This document shows, piece after piece, positions 24,926-34,099 of a stretch of 35,780 nt of DNA. Made by a program: the position numbers and the translations under genes. This DNA comes from Minisyncoccota bacterium (GTDB taxonomy: Bacteria; Patescibacteriota; Minisyncoccia; UBA6257), in assembly GCA_041654015.1 (NCBI GenBank), contig JBAZEI010000003.1, positions 1-35,780 on the forward strand, written 5' to 3'. Position 1 is the stretch's first letter. Each line of letters opens with the position of its first letter. The notes under the pieces were generated by a model. That model was not told the origin of the DNA, searched no databases, and worked only from the letters and a program-made list of their open reading frames with translations.

Positions 24926-25115
24926 GCAGGTAGAGTATAAGTGGCAGTATGGAACCCTTCCCTGCCTGCCATCGCCTTACGCGGGTGTAGCACAGTGGTA
25001 GTGCAACGGCCTTCCAAGCCGTGGACGTGGGTTCGATCCCCATCACCCGCTCATCGGCTCAGGCAGAAGGCGGGTAGGCAAGGTTCAGGCACGGGCTAGA
25101 GTCCCGTTACCCGCT
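24926..25115 (+). pseudogene. Second interrupted outer tRNA-like gene (Gly-type: U73, C2:G71, loop CTTCC..AA), partly degenerate, containing tRNA-Gly(TCC)
   Basis: GCAGGTA-GA-GTAT-AAGTGGCA-GTAT-G-GAACC[125 nt]GGTTC-AGGC-ACGGG-CTAGAGT-CCCGT-TACCCGC-T. The anticodon stem pairs perfectly and the acceptor pairs 6 of 7 (A3.C70). The T-loop CTAGAGT and G8 are non-canonical. Confidence 0.45.
24981..25051 (+). tRNA. tRNA-Gly (anticodon TCC), nested inside the outer tRNA-like gene
   Basis: GCGGGTG-TA-GCAC-AGTGGTA-GTGC-A-ACGGC-CTTCCAA-GCCGT-GGAC-GTGGG-TTCGATC-CCCAT-CACCCGC-T. Confidence 0.9.
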
Positions 25116-25155
25116 CTTAATTAATTTAATGTTCTAGTTACAGGTTGTATAAATA

Positions 25156-26157
25156 ATGGATAATAAAAGCAATACAAAAATTAGAATTTTTTCCGGCACC
25201 CGACCAACTGGCTTTCTCCATTTGGGAAATTATTTTGGCGGCTTAAAGGGTTATTTAGATCTTCAAAATAAAGAAAATTATGATTGTATTTATGCGGTGG
25301 TTGACCTTCACGGGATTACTTCTCCTTATGATCCTAAAACATATCAGGATAAAATCCGTGAAGTAATCTTGGAATACTTAGCTTGCGGCTTAAACCCTAA
25401 AAAATGCCATCTTTTGGTTCAATCCCAAGTGCCTCAACATGTGGAACTGGCGTATTTATTAGGCACACTTTATCCAGTTTCTCGCTTAGAACAATTACCG
25501 ACTTATAAAGAGAAAAAGCAAGAACAGCCCCAGTATGTTAATATGGGTCTTCTTTATTATCCAATTTTGATGGCGGCTGATATTTTGCTTTATAAAACTC
25601 AATTTGTGCCAGTAGGAAAAGATCAAGGGCCACATTTGGAGGTGGCCAGAGAAATCGCCAGAATTTTTAATCGTCGTTTTGGCAAAACCTTTCCCGAACC
25701 GCAGATATATTTGACCCCTTCTTCTTACATTCCTTCTTTAACCGGTGAGGGTAAAATGTCAAAGTCAAAAGAAGGCAGTTATATCAATCTTGTTGATGAT
25801 TTAAGAACTATTAAAAATAAATTAGCCAAAGTGCCAACAGACATAGGTAAAGGCAAAAAAATACCTCAAAAAGGAGGAACTGCCGCCTTATTTACTTTGG
25901 TTGAGATGTTTGAAGGAAAACAAAAAAGAAAAGATTATGAAAAACTTTATTTAGAAAAAGGACTGCAATATAAGCCGTTAAAAGAGGAGTTAGCAATTGC
26001 GATTTATAAAGAGTTAAAGCCGATTCAGGAGAAAAGAAGATATTATCAAGAGAGACCTGAACTAATAGTTGAAATTTTAGAGCAAGGAAGAAAACATGCT
26101 TCCAAGGTTGCTAAACAAACGATTCTGGAAGTTAAGCAAAAAATGGGAATACTATAA
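25156..26157 (+). CDS. trpS: Tryptophan--tRNA ligase
   Basis: SGTRPTGFLHLGNYFGG (HIGH region) and KMSKS at about aa 200. Size and motif spacing are typical of bacterial TrpRS. Confidence 0.92.
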   Translation: MDNKSNTKIRIFSGTRPTGFLHLGNYFGGLKGYLDLQNKENYDCIYAVVDLHGITSPYDPKTYQDKIREVILEYLACGLNPKKCHLLVQSQVPQHVELAYLLGTLYPVSRLEQLPTYKEKKQEQPQYVNMGLLYYPILMAADILLYKTQFVPVGKDQGPHLEVAREIARIFNRRFGKTFPEPQIYLTPSSYIPSLTGEGKMSKSKEGSYINLVDDLRTIKNKLAKVPTDIGKGKKIPQKGGTAALFTLVEMFEGKQKRKDYEKLYLEKGLQYKPLKEELAIAIYKELKPIQEKRRYYQERPELIVEILEQGRKHASKVAKQTILEVKQKMGIL

Positions 26158-26197
26158 ATTTCTAATTTTTTAATTTTAAATTTTTAATTGAGTTTTT

Positions 26198-27262
26198 ATG
26201 GAGAATTTATCAGTTGAGGGAGTTGAGCAAATTGAAAAAACCCAAAACAATACTTCAGAAGTTGTCCAGGTGGAAAATTTAAAAAAAAGATACAAGAATA
26301 TTACTGCCCTTGATGGGGTATCTTTTTCTGTAAAAAAAGGAGAGGTTTTTGGCCTTTTAGGGCCTAATGGGGCAGGGAAAACGACAACTATCAATATTCT
26401 TTGCACTCTCTCTCAGCCAAACTCGGGGCAGGCTTATGTGAATGGTTATGATGTTGTCCGCCAGCCGGCTGCCGTCAGAGATTCAATCGGTTTAGTTTTT
26501 CAAGAAACTATTTTAGATAGCCATTTAACAGCAGAAGAAAATCTTTATTTGCATGCCATGCTTTATGGCGTTTCCCGTAAAGAATACCTTGAGAGAAAAA
26601 GGGATCTTTTAAAATTTTGCGAGCTCTGGGGCAAAAGAAAAGCTAAAGTGGAAACATTTTCCGGCGGAATGAAAAGAAGATTGGAACTTGTCAGGGCTTT
26701 AATTCATAACCCGCAAGTTTTGTTTTTAGATGAGCCGACTATTGGTTTAGACCCGCAAACGCGAAAGAAAATTTGGGATTATATTTTCTCTTTGAGAAAG
26801 AAAAAAAACATTACGATTTTTTTGACAACTCAATATCTTAGCGAAGCGGAAAATTGCGATCGCGTCGCCATCTTAGATCATGGCGTAGTTGTGTCTCTTG
26901 ATAGCCCGGAGAATTTAAAAAGGATGATCGGCGAAGATATCATTTCTTTTAGGACAGAAGATAACCAAGTGGCAGAACAGGAATTTCGGGAAAAATTTCC
27001 AAAATTTCCAATCAAACGAGTTGGAAAAGAGTTAAGAGTTAAGGTGAATAATGGCGATAAATTTTTGCCGATTTTAGTAAAAGCAGTTACCCCTCGAATT
27101 ATCTCTATGGAATTAAGGAGGCCTACTTTAGAGGATGTTTTTCTGGAAATTACAGGCAGGAAAATCAGAGAAGATAATAAAGAAATAAACAAAGAAGAAG
27201 AAAAATTTGATCTATCTTCTTTGTTTTCAATCTTTGGCTCATTAAATAAAAAGGATGAATAA
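26198..27262 (+). CDS. ABC transporter ATP-binding protein (ABC-2/DrrA-like) with a C-terminal extension
   Basis: Walker A GLLGPNGAGKTT, signature FSGGMKRRL, Walker B VLFLDEPTIGLD. Confidence 0.9.
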   Translation: MENLSVEGVEQIEKTQNNTSEVVQVENLKKRYKNITALDGVSFSVKKGEVFGLLGPNGAGKTTTINILCTLSQPNSGQAYVNGYDVVRQPAAVRDSIGLVFQETILDSHLTAEENLYLHAMLYGVSRKEYLERKRDLLKFCELWGKRKAKVETFSGGMKRRLELVRALIHNPQVLFLDEPTIGLDPQTRKKIWDYIFSLRKKKNITIFLTTQYLSEAENCDRVAILDHGVVVSLDSPENLKRMIGEDIISFRTEDNQVAEQEFREKFPKFPIKRVGKELRVKVNNGDKFLPILVKAVTPRIISMELRRPTLEDVFLEITGRKIREDNKEINKEEEKFDLSSLFSIFGSLNKKDE

Positions 27263-27307
27263 AAGGATGAATAAAAGAATGAATAAAAGAATAAATAAAA
27301 GAATAAA
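27248..27307 (+). repeat. Five copies of a 12-bp tandem repeat (AAAAGGATGAAT-type) across the ATPase stop and permease start
   Basis: AAAAGGATGAAT AAAAGGATGAAT AAAAGAATGAAT AAAAGAATAAAT AAAAGAATAAAA. ATGs at 27255, 27267 and 27279. Confidence 0.9.
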
Positions 27308-28079
27308 AACACTTTATGTAATTTGGTATCGGGAGGTGCTTATTTATTTACGCAATGGAGTGAAGTTTTTTACTTCTATTTTCCTGCCAATTCTGATTTT
27401 GGTGTTTTTGGGCACCGGCTTGAAGACAATGCTCCCATCTTCTATTTTAAACTATGATTTTGTGCAATTTTTCTTTCCGGGTATTTTAGGCCTCAGTATT
27501 AGTATTATGGCTGTTTCTTCTACAATGTCCATTGTTTGGGACAGGGAGTTTGGTTTTTTAAAAGAAATTTTAATTTCCCCAATTAGCCGCTCTGATATTA
27601 TTTTAGGGAAAATTTTAGGAGCGACAACAACAGCTTTAATTCAAGGGATTTTAATTATGCTGATTATTCCTTATCTGGGCCTTGATTTCTCCAAATGGCT
27701 TTTCATAAAAGTAATTTTTGTTATCTTGTTAGTCAGCTATGGCATGGCTGCTTTGGGTGTTTTTCTGGTCTCCCGCCTTAAAAGGATGGAAAGTTTTTCT
27801 ATTGTCTCCCAGATAATTATTGCTCCGATGGCTTTTCTTTCAGGCGCTTTTTTCCCTTTAAAGAATGCTCCCGCTTGGATGATTAAAATGGCTTATTATA
27901 ATCCTTTGGCTTATGGCATTGACGCCTTGCGTTGGGTTACTCTGTCTGAGTCTTTAGCTAAAGAGGAAATATCTCTTTTAACAACTCATTCTTTGTTCTT
28001 ATGCCTGATTGTTCTTTTAGCGTTTAATTTTGTGATTACTTTTTTAAGCGTTCGTGTTTTTAATAAATCGGTCTATTAG
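27255..28079 (+). CDS. ABC-2 type transporter permease
   Basis: About 6 hydrophobic helices. It overlaps the upstream ATPase gene. The N-terminus is MNKRMNKRMNKRINKRIK, encoded by a 12-bp tandem repeat, so the true start among three phased ATGs is ambiguous. Confidence 0.8.
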   Translation: MNKRMNKRMNKRINKRIKTLYVIWYREVLIYLRNGVKFFTSIFLPILILVFLGTGLKTMLPSSILNYDFVQFFFPGILGLSISIMAVSSTMSIVWDREFGFLKEILISPISRSDIILGKILGATTTALIQGILIMLIIPYLGLDFSKWLFIKVIFVILLVSYGMAALGVFLVSRLKRMESFSIVSQIIIAPMAFLSGAFFPLKNAPAWMIKMAYYNPLAYGIDALRWVTLSESLAKEEISLLTTHSLFLCLIVLLAFNFVITFLSVRVFNKSVY

Positions 28080-28119
28080 AAATAATAATTTTAAAATGTT
28101 AAGATAGTCTATATTGCCT

Positions 28120-28758
28120 ATGATTATTCAATGGTTTGGCCATTCTTTTTTTCGCCTGGAAACCAAAGGGAGGATTATAACAATTGACCCTTATTCTGAA
28201 GAAGCTACCGGTTTAAAACCTCCCCGGTTTAAAGCGGATATTCTTTTAATTAGCCATCAGCATGAGGACCATAATAACAAAAGCATAATTATGGGCAATC
28301 CTTTTGTTTTAGAGGGGCCTGGGGAAGTAGAAATTGGAGGAATTTTTATTGAAGGGCTTTTAAGTTTTCATGATAAAAAAAGAGGCGAGGCCAGAGGGAA
28401 AAATACAATTTTCATTTTAGAATCAGAAGATATGGTAGTCTGCCATTTAGGAGATTTGGGAGAACCGCAATTAAAAGAAGAGGCTTTGGAAAAAGTGGCG
28501 GCTGCCGATATTCTTTTAATTCCTGTCGGCGGAAATTATACAATTGATTACGAAGAAGCAGTTTCTTTTATTAACCAGATTGAGCCTAAAATAATTATTC
28601 CAATGCATTATGCTTTGCCTCATTTAAAAATTAAACTTGATCCGCTCGAGAAATTTATCAAATCTATAGGAAAAAAGCCGGAAGTAATGGATAAGTTAAT
28701 AGTTAGAAAAAATAATTTACCTGAGGAAACAAAGATGATTGTTTTAAATAAGCAATAA
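28120..28758 (+). CDS. Metallo-beta-lactamase-fold hydrolase (UPF0173-like)
   Basis: MIIQWFGHSFFRLET...LLISHQHEDH (HxHxDH)...HLGDLG. I prefer the ATG at 28120 over the TTG at 28114. Confidence 0.8.
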   Translation: MIIQWFGHSFFRLETKGRIITIDPYSEEATGLKPPRFKADILLISHQHEDHNNKSIIMGNPFVLEGPGEVEIGGIFIEGLLSFHDKKRGEARGKNTIFILESEDMVVCHLGDLGEPQLKEEALEKVAAADILLIPVGGNYTIDYEEAVSFINQIEPKIIIPMHYALPHLKIKLDPLEKFIKSIGKKPEVMDKLIVRKNNLPEETKMIVLNKQ

Positions 28759-28789
28759 AAGATTAATTTACAACTTCCTTTGCCATTCT

Positions 28790-29066
28790 GAATGTAGCCT
28801 CCGCCTTCGCCAGCGTCTGAAGCCGCAGGCTATGGCGGACAAGCCCGCCTCCGCTTCCACCTCCGCTAAAGCTTCGGTGGATAAAAAAGCTACGGTGGAC
28901 AAGCCCGCCTCCGCTTCCACCTCCGCTAAAGCTTCGGTGGATAAAAAAGCTACGGTGGACAAGCCCGCCTTCGCTAAAGCTACGGCGGGCAGGGAAGAAT
29001 CTCTCGTTTCCTTTCAGTCATTCTGAGGCCGTAAGGCCGAAGAATCTCTCGCGAATGCGAGAATTA
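28790..29066. repeat. GC-rich structured repeat region immediately upstream of gyrA
   Basis: A 60-bp unit GGACAAGCCCGCCTCCGCTTCCACCTCCGCTAAAGCTTCGGTGGATAAAAAAGCTACGGT occurs at 28837-28896 and is perfectly repeated at 28897-28956, with a partial third copy. Hairpin GCCCGCC-14 nt-GGCGGGC at 28963-28990. Direct repeat GAAGAATCTCTCG at 28995 and 29039. Further hairpins: ATTCTGAGGCC-GTAA-GGCCGAAGAAT (GNRA loop) and TCTCGC-GAAT-GCGAGA. Confidence 0.9.
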
Positions 29067-29070
29067 CATT

Positions 29071-31545
29071 ATGGAACAAAAAGAAACAAAAGAAGATAAG
29101 AAAAAAAATAGTTCTCAGCCAATTCAACCCAGAGATATTGGGGAGGAGCTTCAGGAATCGTATTTAGATTATGCAATGTCTATTATTATTTCCCGCGCTT
29201 TGCCTGACGTTAGAGATGGCCTAAAACCTGTTCAAAGAAGGATTCTTTTTGCGATGAAGGAATTAGGGTTGGGCTCTAATGCTAAAACCAGAAAATCAGC
29301 CGCTGTAACTGGAGAGGTTCTGGGAAAATATCATCCTCACGGCGATATGGCGGTTTATGACGCTTTGGTAAGAATGGCTCAGGATTTTTCTTTGCGCTAT
29401 CCTTTAATTAAAGGTCAGGGAAATTTTGGATCAATTGACGGCGATCCACCGGCGGCCCTCAGATATACAGAAGTAAAATTAACCCCTTTAGCTGAGGATC
29501 TTTTAGAAGATTTAGATAAAGAAACAGTAGATTTTTCTCCTAATTACGACGGAACTAGACAAGAGCCTAATTATTTGCCGGCAAAAGTTCCCCAGCTTAT
29601 TTTAAACGGCGTAATGGGCATTGCTGTAGGTATGGCTACCAACATTCCTCCGCACAATATTCAGGAAGTAATTGATGCTCTCGTTTGGTTACTGGGCCAC
29701 AAGGATGCTTCGGTTGAGGATTTAATGAATTTTATTAAAGGACCTGATTTTCCGACTGGCGGTATTATTTTTGGCAAGCAAAATATTTTAGAAGCTTATG
29801 CTAATGGAAAAGGAAAAATTATTTGCCGGGCCAAGGCGGAAATAATTGAAGATAAAGGCCAGAAAATTATTATTCAGGAAATTCCTTATTTGGTGAATAA
29901 AGCAGAGTTGATTGCTCATATTGCCCGTTTGGTTGAAGAAAAGAGGATAGAAGGGATAAAAGATTTAAGAGACGAATCTGATAAGGAGGGATTAAGGATA
30001 GTGATTGAATTAAAAAACGAAGCGATTCCCAAGAGAGTTTTGAACCAATTGTTTAAATTTACTGATTTAGAAAAAAGTTTTCATTTAAACATGCTCGCTT
30101 TAACCGAGAATGGATTACAGCCGCAAGTTCTTTCAATTAAGGATATTCTGGAAGAATATATTAATCACCGGCAAACTATCATTCGCCGGCGGACTGAGTA
30201 TCTTCTTAAGAAGGCAAAAGAAAGAGCTCATATTCTTGAAGGCCTTAGTAAAGCCATAAATCATATAGACGAAATTATCAAATTAATAAAAGCTTCGGAC
30301 AGCAAAGAAGAAGCTCAGAAAAAATTGATGGTAAAGTATCGTTTTAGCTCCATTCAGGCAAATGCTATTTTGGAAATGAAGCTTCAAAACTTGGCAAAAT
30401 TAGAAAGAAATAAAATAGATGAAGAATTGGCTGAAAAAAATAAACTCATCAAGGAGTATACTCTCATTTTAAAAGAGCCAAAAAAAATTACCGAAATTAT
30501 TAAGAAAGAACTCCAAGAATTAAAAGAAAAGTATGGAGATGAAAGACGCACTCAGGTCCAGGCGCAGCTTCCGGAAGCAATTACCGAAGATGAGCTTATC
30601 CCTTCTCAAGAAGCTTTAATTTCTTTTTCAAAGAGCGGCTATTTAAAAAGAATCAACCCCAGCTCTTTAAGGGGGCAGAAAAGAGGGGGCAAGGGAGTTA
30701 TTGTTTACGAGGCGAAAAGTGAGGAAGATGTTTTGACTTATTTAATTTCTTGTAATACGAGGGACCAAATTCTCTTTTTCACTGATCGCGGGCGTTTATT
30801 TAATTTACGAGCTTTTGAAATCGCTGAAGGCTCTCGTTTATCCAAGGGAAAATCTATTCAAAATTATATCAATCTAGCTCCGCAGGAAAAGGTTGCTGTT
30901 CTATTAAATTGTCCTTCACAACCAAAAGAATTAGACTCTCATTATTTATTTATGGCGACTGAAAAAGGAATTGTTAAAAAAAGTTTGCTTAAAGAGTATC
31001 AGAATATCCGCCGCGGAGGAATTATCGCTTTAAATCTTTCAAAAGACGATAAACTTATTGGCGCTGTTTTAATTTCTAAAGGGGATGAAGTAATTCTAAC
31101 ATCTAATAAAGGTCAATCAATTCGTTTTTTAGAGAATGATACAAGGGCAATGGGGCGTTCAGCTAGCGGCGTGGTGGGAATGAAGGTTTCCGGCGATGAT
31201 AAAGTAGTCAGCTTAATCGCAGTCAAAAAGAATGGACAAAAAAAGAGCCAGCAAGTTCTCGTGATTAGTGAAAATGGATTTGGTAAAAGAACTAATTTAG
31301 GCGAATATCGCAAGCAAAAAAGAGGGGGCAGGGGCATTAAAACAATGAAAATTACAGCGAAAACAGGCAATCTTATAAAATCTTGTTTAGTAGAAGATGA
31401 AGATTCTTTGGTAGCGATTTCCCAAAAAGGTCAAGTTATTAAAGTGCCGCTTCAAAGCATTCCTGTTTTGCGGCGCTCAACTCAAGGGGTAAGAATTATG
31501 AAATTAGATTCAGAAGATAAAATTGCCAGTATTACTCTTTTGTAA
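29071..31545 (+). CDS. gyrA: DNA gyrase subunit A
   Basis: [22 protein letters not shown]...[28 protein letters not shown] (QRDR)...[10 protein letters not shown] (active-site Tyr). C-terminal beta-pinwheel repeats are present, including QKRGGKG. Confidence 0.95.
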   Translation: MEQKETKEDKKKNSSQPIQPRDIGEELQESYLDYAMSIIISRALPDVRDGLKPVQRRILFAMKELGLGSNAKTRKSAAVTGEVLGKYHPHGDMAVYDALVRMAQDFSLRYPLIKGQGNFGSIDGDPPAALRYTEVKLTPLAEDLLEDLDKETVDFSPNYDGTRQEPNYLPAKVPQLILNGVMGIAVGMATNIPPHNIQEVIDALVWLLGHKDASVEDLMNFIKGPDFPTGGIIFGKQNILEAYANGKGKIICRAKAEIIEDKGQKIIIQEIPYLVNKAELIAHIARLVEEKRIEGIKDLRDESDKEGLRIVIELKNEAIPKRVLNQLFKFTDLEKSFHLNMLALTENGLQPQVLSIKDILEEYINHRQTIIRRRTEYLLKKAKERAHILEGLSKAINHIDEIIKLIKASDSKEEAQKKLMVKYRFSSIQANAILEMKLQNLAKLERNKIDEELAEKNKLIKEYTLILKEPKKITEIIKKELQELKEKYGDERRTQVQAQLPEAITEDELIPSQEALISFSKSGYLKRINPSSLRGQKRGGKGVIVYEAKSEEDVLTYLISCNTRDQILFFTDRGRLFNLRAFEIAEGSRLSKGKSIQNYINLAPQEKVAVLLNCPSQPKELDSHYLFMATEKGIVKKSLLKEYQNIRRGGIIALNLSKDDKLIGAVLISKGDEVILTSNKGQSIRFLENDTRAMGRSASGVVGMKVSGDDKVVSLIAVKKNGQKKSQQVLVISENGFGKRTNLGEYRKQKRGGRGIKTMKITAKTGNLIKSCLVEDEDSLVAISQKGQVIKVPLQSIPVLRRSTQGVRIMKLDSEDKIASITLL

Positions 31546-31607
31546 AAAAATTTGTTATAATATACAGCAATAGAGCAATTGATTATAATATAGGAAATTT
31601 ATTTTTT

Positions 31608-32153
31608 ATGAATTCTTTTCTTAATCCTGAGGAAATAGTAAAGACACTGCCTCTTAGAGAAGGAATGACTATAGCTGATTTTGGCAGCGGGTCTGGGTAT
31701 TTTAGTTTGGCAATGGCAAAAGCAGTGAAGCCTTCGGGAAAAGTAATTTCTCTGGATATCTGGAAGCCTTCTTTAGAAGCGCTAGAATTTAGAGCTAAAA
31801 CAGAAGGAGTTTTTAATATTATTGAAACCCGTTGGGCTAATTTAGAAGAAGAAAGAGGCAGTAATTTGCCTAATAATTCTTGTGATTTAGTTCTAATCGC
31901 TAATATTCTTTTTGAAATAGAAAATAAAGAGAATCTTTTTTTAGAAGCCAAAAGGATTTTAAAACCAGAAGGGTATCTGGCGCTCATTGAATGGTATCCT
32001 GATAAATTGCCTGTTCAGCAAAAATTACTTCCTTTGAACAAGGAAGGTGCCTTAAATCTGCTGGAAAAATCAGGGTTTCAATTAGAAAGAGAATTGTCTT
32101 TGGGGGTGACTCATTATGGTTTTTTGGCAAAATTGCCGAAATTAAGGCAATAA
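31608..32153 (+). CDS. Class I SAM-dependent methyltransferase
   Basis: Motif I IADFGSGSGYF, then a downstream LVLIANILFEI / LKPEGYLALIEW pattern. Confidence 0.75.
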   Translation: MNSFLNPEEIVKTLPLREGMTIADFGSGSGYFSLAMAKAVKPSGKVISLDIWKPSLEALEFRAKTEGVFNIIETRWANLEEERGSNLPNNSCDLVLIANILFEIENKENLFLEAKRILKPEGYLALIEWYPDKLPVQQKLLPLNKEGALNLLEKSGFQLERELSLGVTHYGFLAKLPKLRQ

Positions 32154-32168
32154 GAAAAAAACATAAAT

Positions 32169-33476
32169 ATGGCCTTAACTTCTCATCAAAAAAAAATTAT
32201 TTTAATTGCGGTTGTTGCTATCGCCTTAATTATTTTCTTAGGGGTGTTTTTCCGCAAACCTAAACCAACGCCGTTCACCTTAGAAATTTGGGGTCTTTCA
32301 GACGAACCAGCGGTTTTTGCTCCTTTAATCCAAGGTTTTCAAAAAATATATCCGCATATTTCAATTAATTATGTTTTAAAAGACGAAGATAGATATCATG
32401 AAGATCTTTTGGAGTCTTTAGCCAATAACACAGCTCCTGATATTTTGATGCTTCAGGATAATTGGCTACCTTATTACCAAAACAAAATTTATCCTTTAGA
32501 TTTGACAAAGGATAAATATTTTAATCTTTTGGATTTAGAGCAAACTTATTCTCAGATAGCTCGGAATGAAACAATTAAAGGCAACTATTTGTTAAGTTTG
32601 CCGCTTTATACAGATACGTTGGCGCTTTATTATAACAAAGACATTTTTGATTATTACAATATAGTTTTGCCTCCTAAAACCTGGGAAGAAATACTGGATT
32701 TAATCCCTTCTTTGAGGCGGGTAAATCCTCAAGGCCAAATTACCAGAGCCGCTATTAGTTTGGGCTCGGCTTCAAATGTTGAGTGGCAAACTGACATTAT
32801 TTCAGCTTTGATGATGCAGTATGGCAGTAATATTGTTGATGTCTCAAAGAAAGAAGCAATTTTCCACCTGAACAGCGATTTAGGCGGTCAAAGGATTATT
32901 CCTGGCAAAGAATCTTTAAATTTCTATACCCAATTTGTTAATCCCCGGTCTCGCTACTATACTTGGAATGATAATTTCAATAATTCTGTGATTGCTTTTA
33001 GCCGGGGAGAAACTGTAATGATGATTGGTTATAATGAAGCAAAAAAAATTATTGAGAAATATGGGCCAAATCTAAATTATAAAATTAGTTCTTTGCCCCA
33101 GTTTGCCAACATTCCTTCTATAGTAAATTATGGCTATACAATGACTTTAGCAGTATTGGGAAATTCTGAGCACCCTCAAGAATCCTGGGATTTTTTAAAG
33201 TTTCTTAGCCAAAAAAATAATGCCGAGTATTATTTCTTTCAAACCAAAAATCCGCCCGCCCGCTTGGATTTAATTCAATCGTCTTTGAATGATTTGGACA
33301 GCGGTATTTTTATTAGACAGATTTCAACAAGCAAAAATTGGCATCAATATGATTTTCAAGAGATTGAACAAATTTTTCAAGAAATGATTTCCTCAGTTAC
33401 ACTTAAGGGAGAGGATTCTTTTAAAGCAGTTAATACAGCAAAAGAAAGAATCAACTATTTTTGGAGCCAAAAGTAA
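32169..33476 (+). CDS. Extracellular solute-binding protein (ABC family 1, sugar-type), membrane-anchored
   Basis: N-terminal anchor (IILIAVVAIALIIFLGVFF). The body contains ...PDILMLQDNWLPYY...LPLYTDTLALYYNKDIF..., typical of family-1 SBPs. No cognate permease genes are adjacent. Confidence 0.7.
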   Translation: MALTSHQKKIILIAVVAIALIIFLGVFFRKPKPTPFTLEIWGLSDEPAVFAPLIQGFQKIYPHISINYVLKDEDRYHEDLLESLANNTAPDILMLQDNWLPYYQNKIYPLDLTKDKYFNLLDLEQTYSQIARNETIKGNYLLSLPLYTDTLALYYNKDIFDYYNIVLPPKTWEEILDLIPSLRRVNPQGQITRAAISLGSASNVEWQTDIISALMMQYGSNIVDVSKKEAIFHLNSDLGGQRIIPGKESLNFYTQFVNPRSRYYTWNDNFNNSVIAFSRGETVMMIGYNEAKKIIEKYGPNLNYKISSLPQFANIPSIVNYGYTMTLAVLGNSEHPQESWDFLKFLSQKNNAEYYFFQTKNPPARLDLIQSSLNDLDSGIFIRQISTSKNWHQYDFQEIEQIFQEMISSVTLKGEDSFKAVNTAKERINYFWSQK

Positions 33477-33513
33477 AAACATAAAATATAAAACGTAAAA
33501 CAGAAAGGGGAAT

Positions 33514-34077
33514 ATGAAAAATTTTAAAATAAATGACAAAATAATAAATAAGGGGGCTATTCTGTGTTTGATTATTGGCTTTTGCTTTTTTCCTATTTTA
33601 ATTCAAGCCGCTGGTTTGGTGCCTTGCGGAGGCGAAGGGGAAGATCCTTGTGGCCTTTGCCATTTATTAGTTTTAATTCAAAATGTATTACATTTTGCTA
33701 TGGAAATGGCTTTTTTGGTTGTGGTTGTTCTTATTGTTTATGGCGGCCTGCGTTGGGTTTTCTCTTTGGGAAAAGAAGAAAATATAAAAGCTGGTCAAAG
33801 AATAATCACAAATGCTATGATTGGCCTAGTGATTATTTTAGCCGCTTGGCTTATTGTTAATACTGTATTTTGGCTTATTGCCATAATGGGCGGCGATGAT
33901 TACACTGGAACTTGGTATAATATTGAATGCGAAGAATTAGAAAGCTCAGTTCCTATTGCGACACAATCTGGTTCAGGGGCGGCAGAATTTGGTTCAGCAA
34001 CACCTAATAGAAATGAAATAACAAAAGAACCAGTTGGTAAAGCTTATGCTTTTTGCATACCTTCTTCTATCCATTAA
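33514..34077 (+). CDS. VirB2/TrbC-like T4SS pilin paralog 1, with a Cys motif and a C-terminal extension
   Basis: Signal/anchor, then GLVPCGGEGEDPCGLCHL. Two hydrophobic helices flank a polar loop (LVVVVLIVYGGLRWVFSLGKEENIKAGQRIITNAMIGLVIILAAWLIV). A ~60-aa tail follows. Confidence 0.65.
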   Translation: MKNFKINDKIINKGAILCLIIGFCFFPILIQAAGLVPCGGEGEDPCGLCHLLVLIQNVLHFAMEMAFLVVVVLIVYGGLRWVFSLGKEENIKAGQRIITNAMIGLVIILAAWLIVNTVFWLIAIMGGDDYTGTWYNIECEELESSVPIATQSGSGAAEFGSATPNRNEITKEPVGKAYAFCIPSSIH

Positions 34078-34099
34078 AAAATTAATTATAATTATTTAA

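Noticed and set aside
24799-25017. 72-aa minus-strand ORF
   Set aside because: It overlaps tRNA-Gly(UCC) and the outer tRNA 5' half, and the rest is an A/T homopolymer-rich spacer.
25052-25115. Direct repeat of a tRNA 3' end as an integrase att site (genomic island boundary)
   Set aside because: The downstream T-arm/acceptor-like segment has a matching 5' half upstream of the intact tRNA. This is a nested arrangement, not an att duplication, and no integrase is nearby.
24926-25155. T-box leader regulating trpS
   Set aside because: The structured region upstream of trpS resolves into tRNA cloverleaf parts (inner tRNA-Gly plus outer halves). No specifier loop or T-box sequence is recognisable.
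28768-29026. Two 64-aa ORFs on opposite strands (Ala/Ser/Lys/Glu-rich, e.g. MADKPASASTSAKASVDKKATVDK...)
   Set aside because: Both strands are open only because the region is a GC-rich tandem or inverted repeat. The composition is atypical for this genome's proteins and there is no RBS context. Treated as a non-coding structured repeat.
31583-31987. 134-aa minus-strand ORF
   Set aside because: It is antisense to the SAM-methyltransferase ORF, which has a clear motif I. The antisense product has no features.
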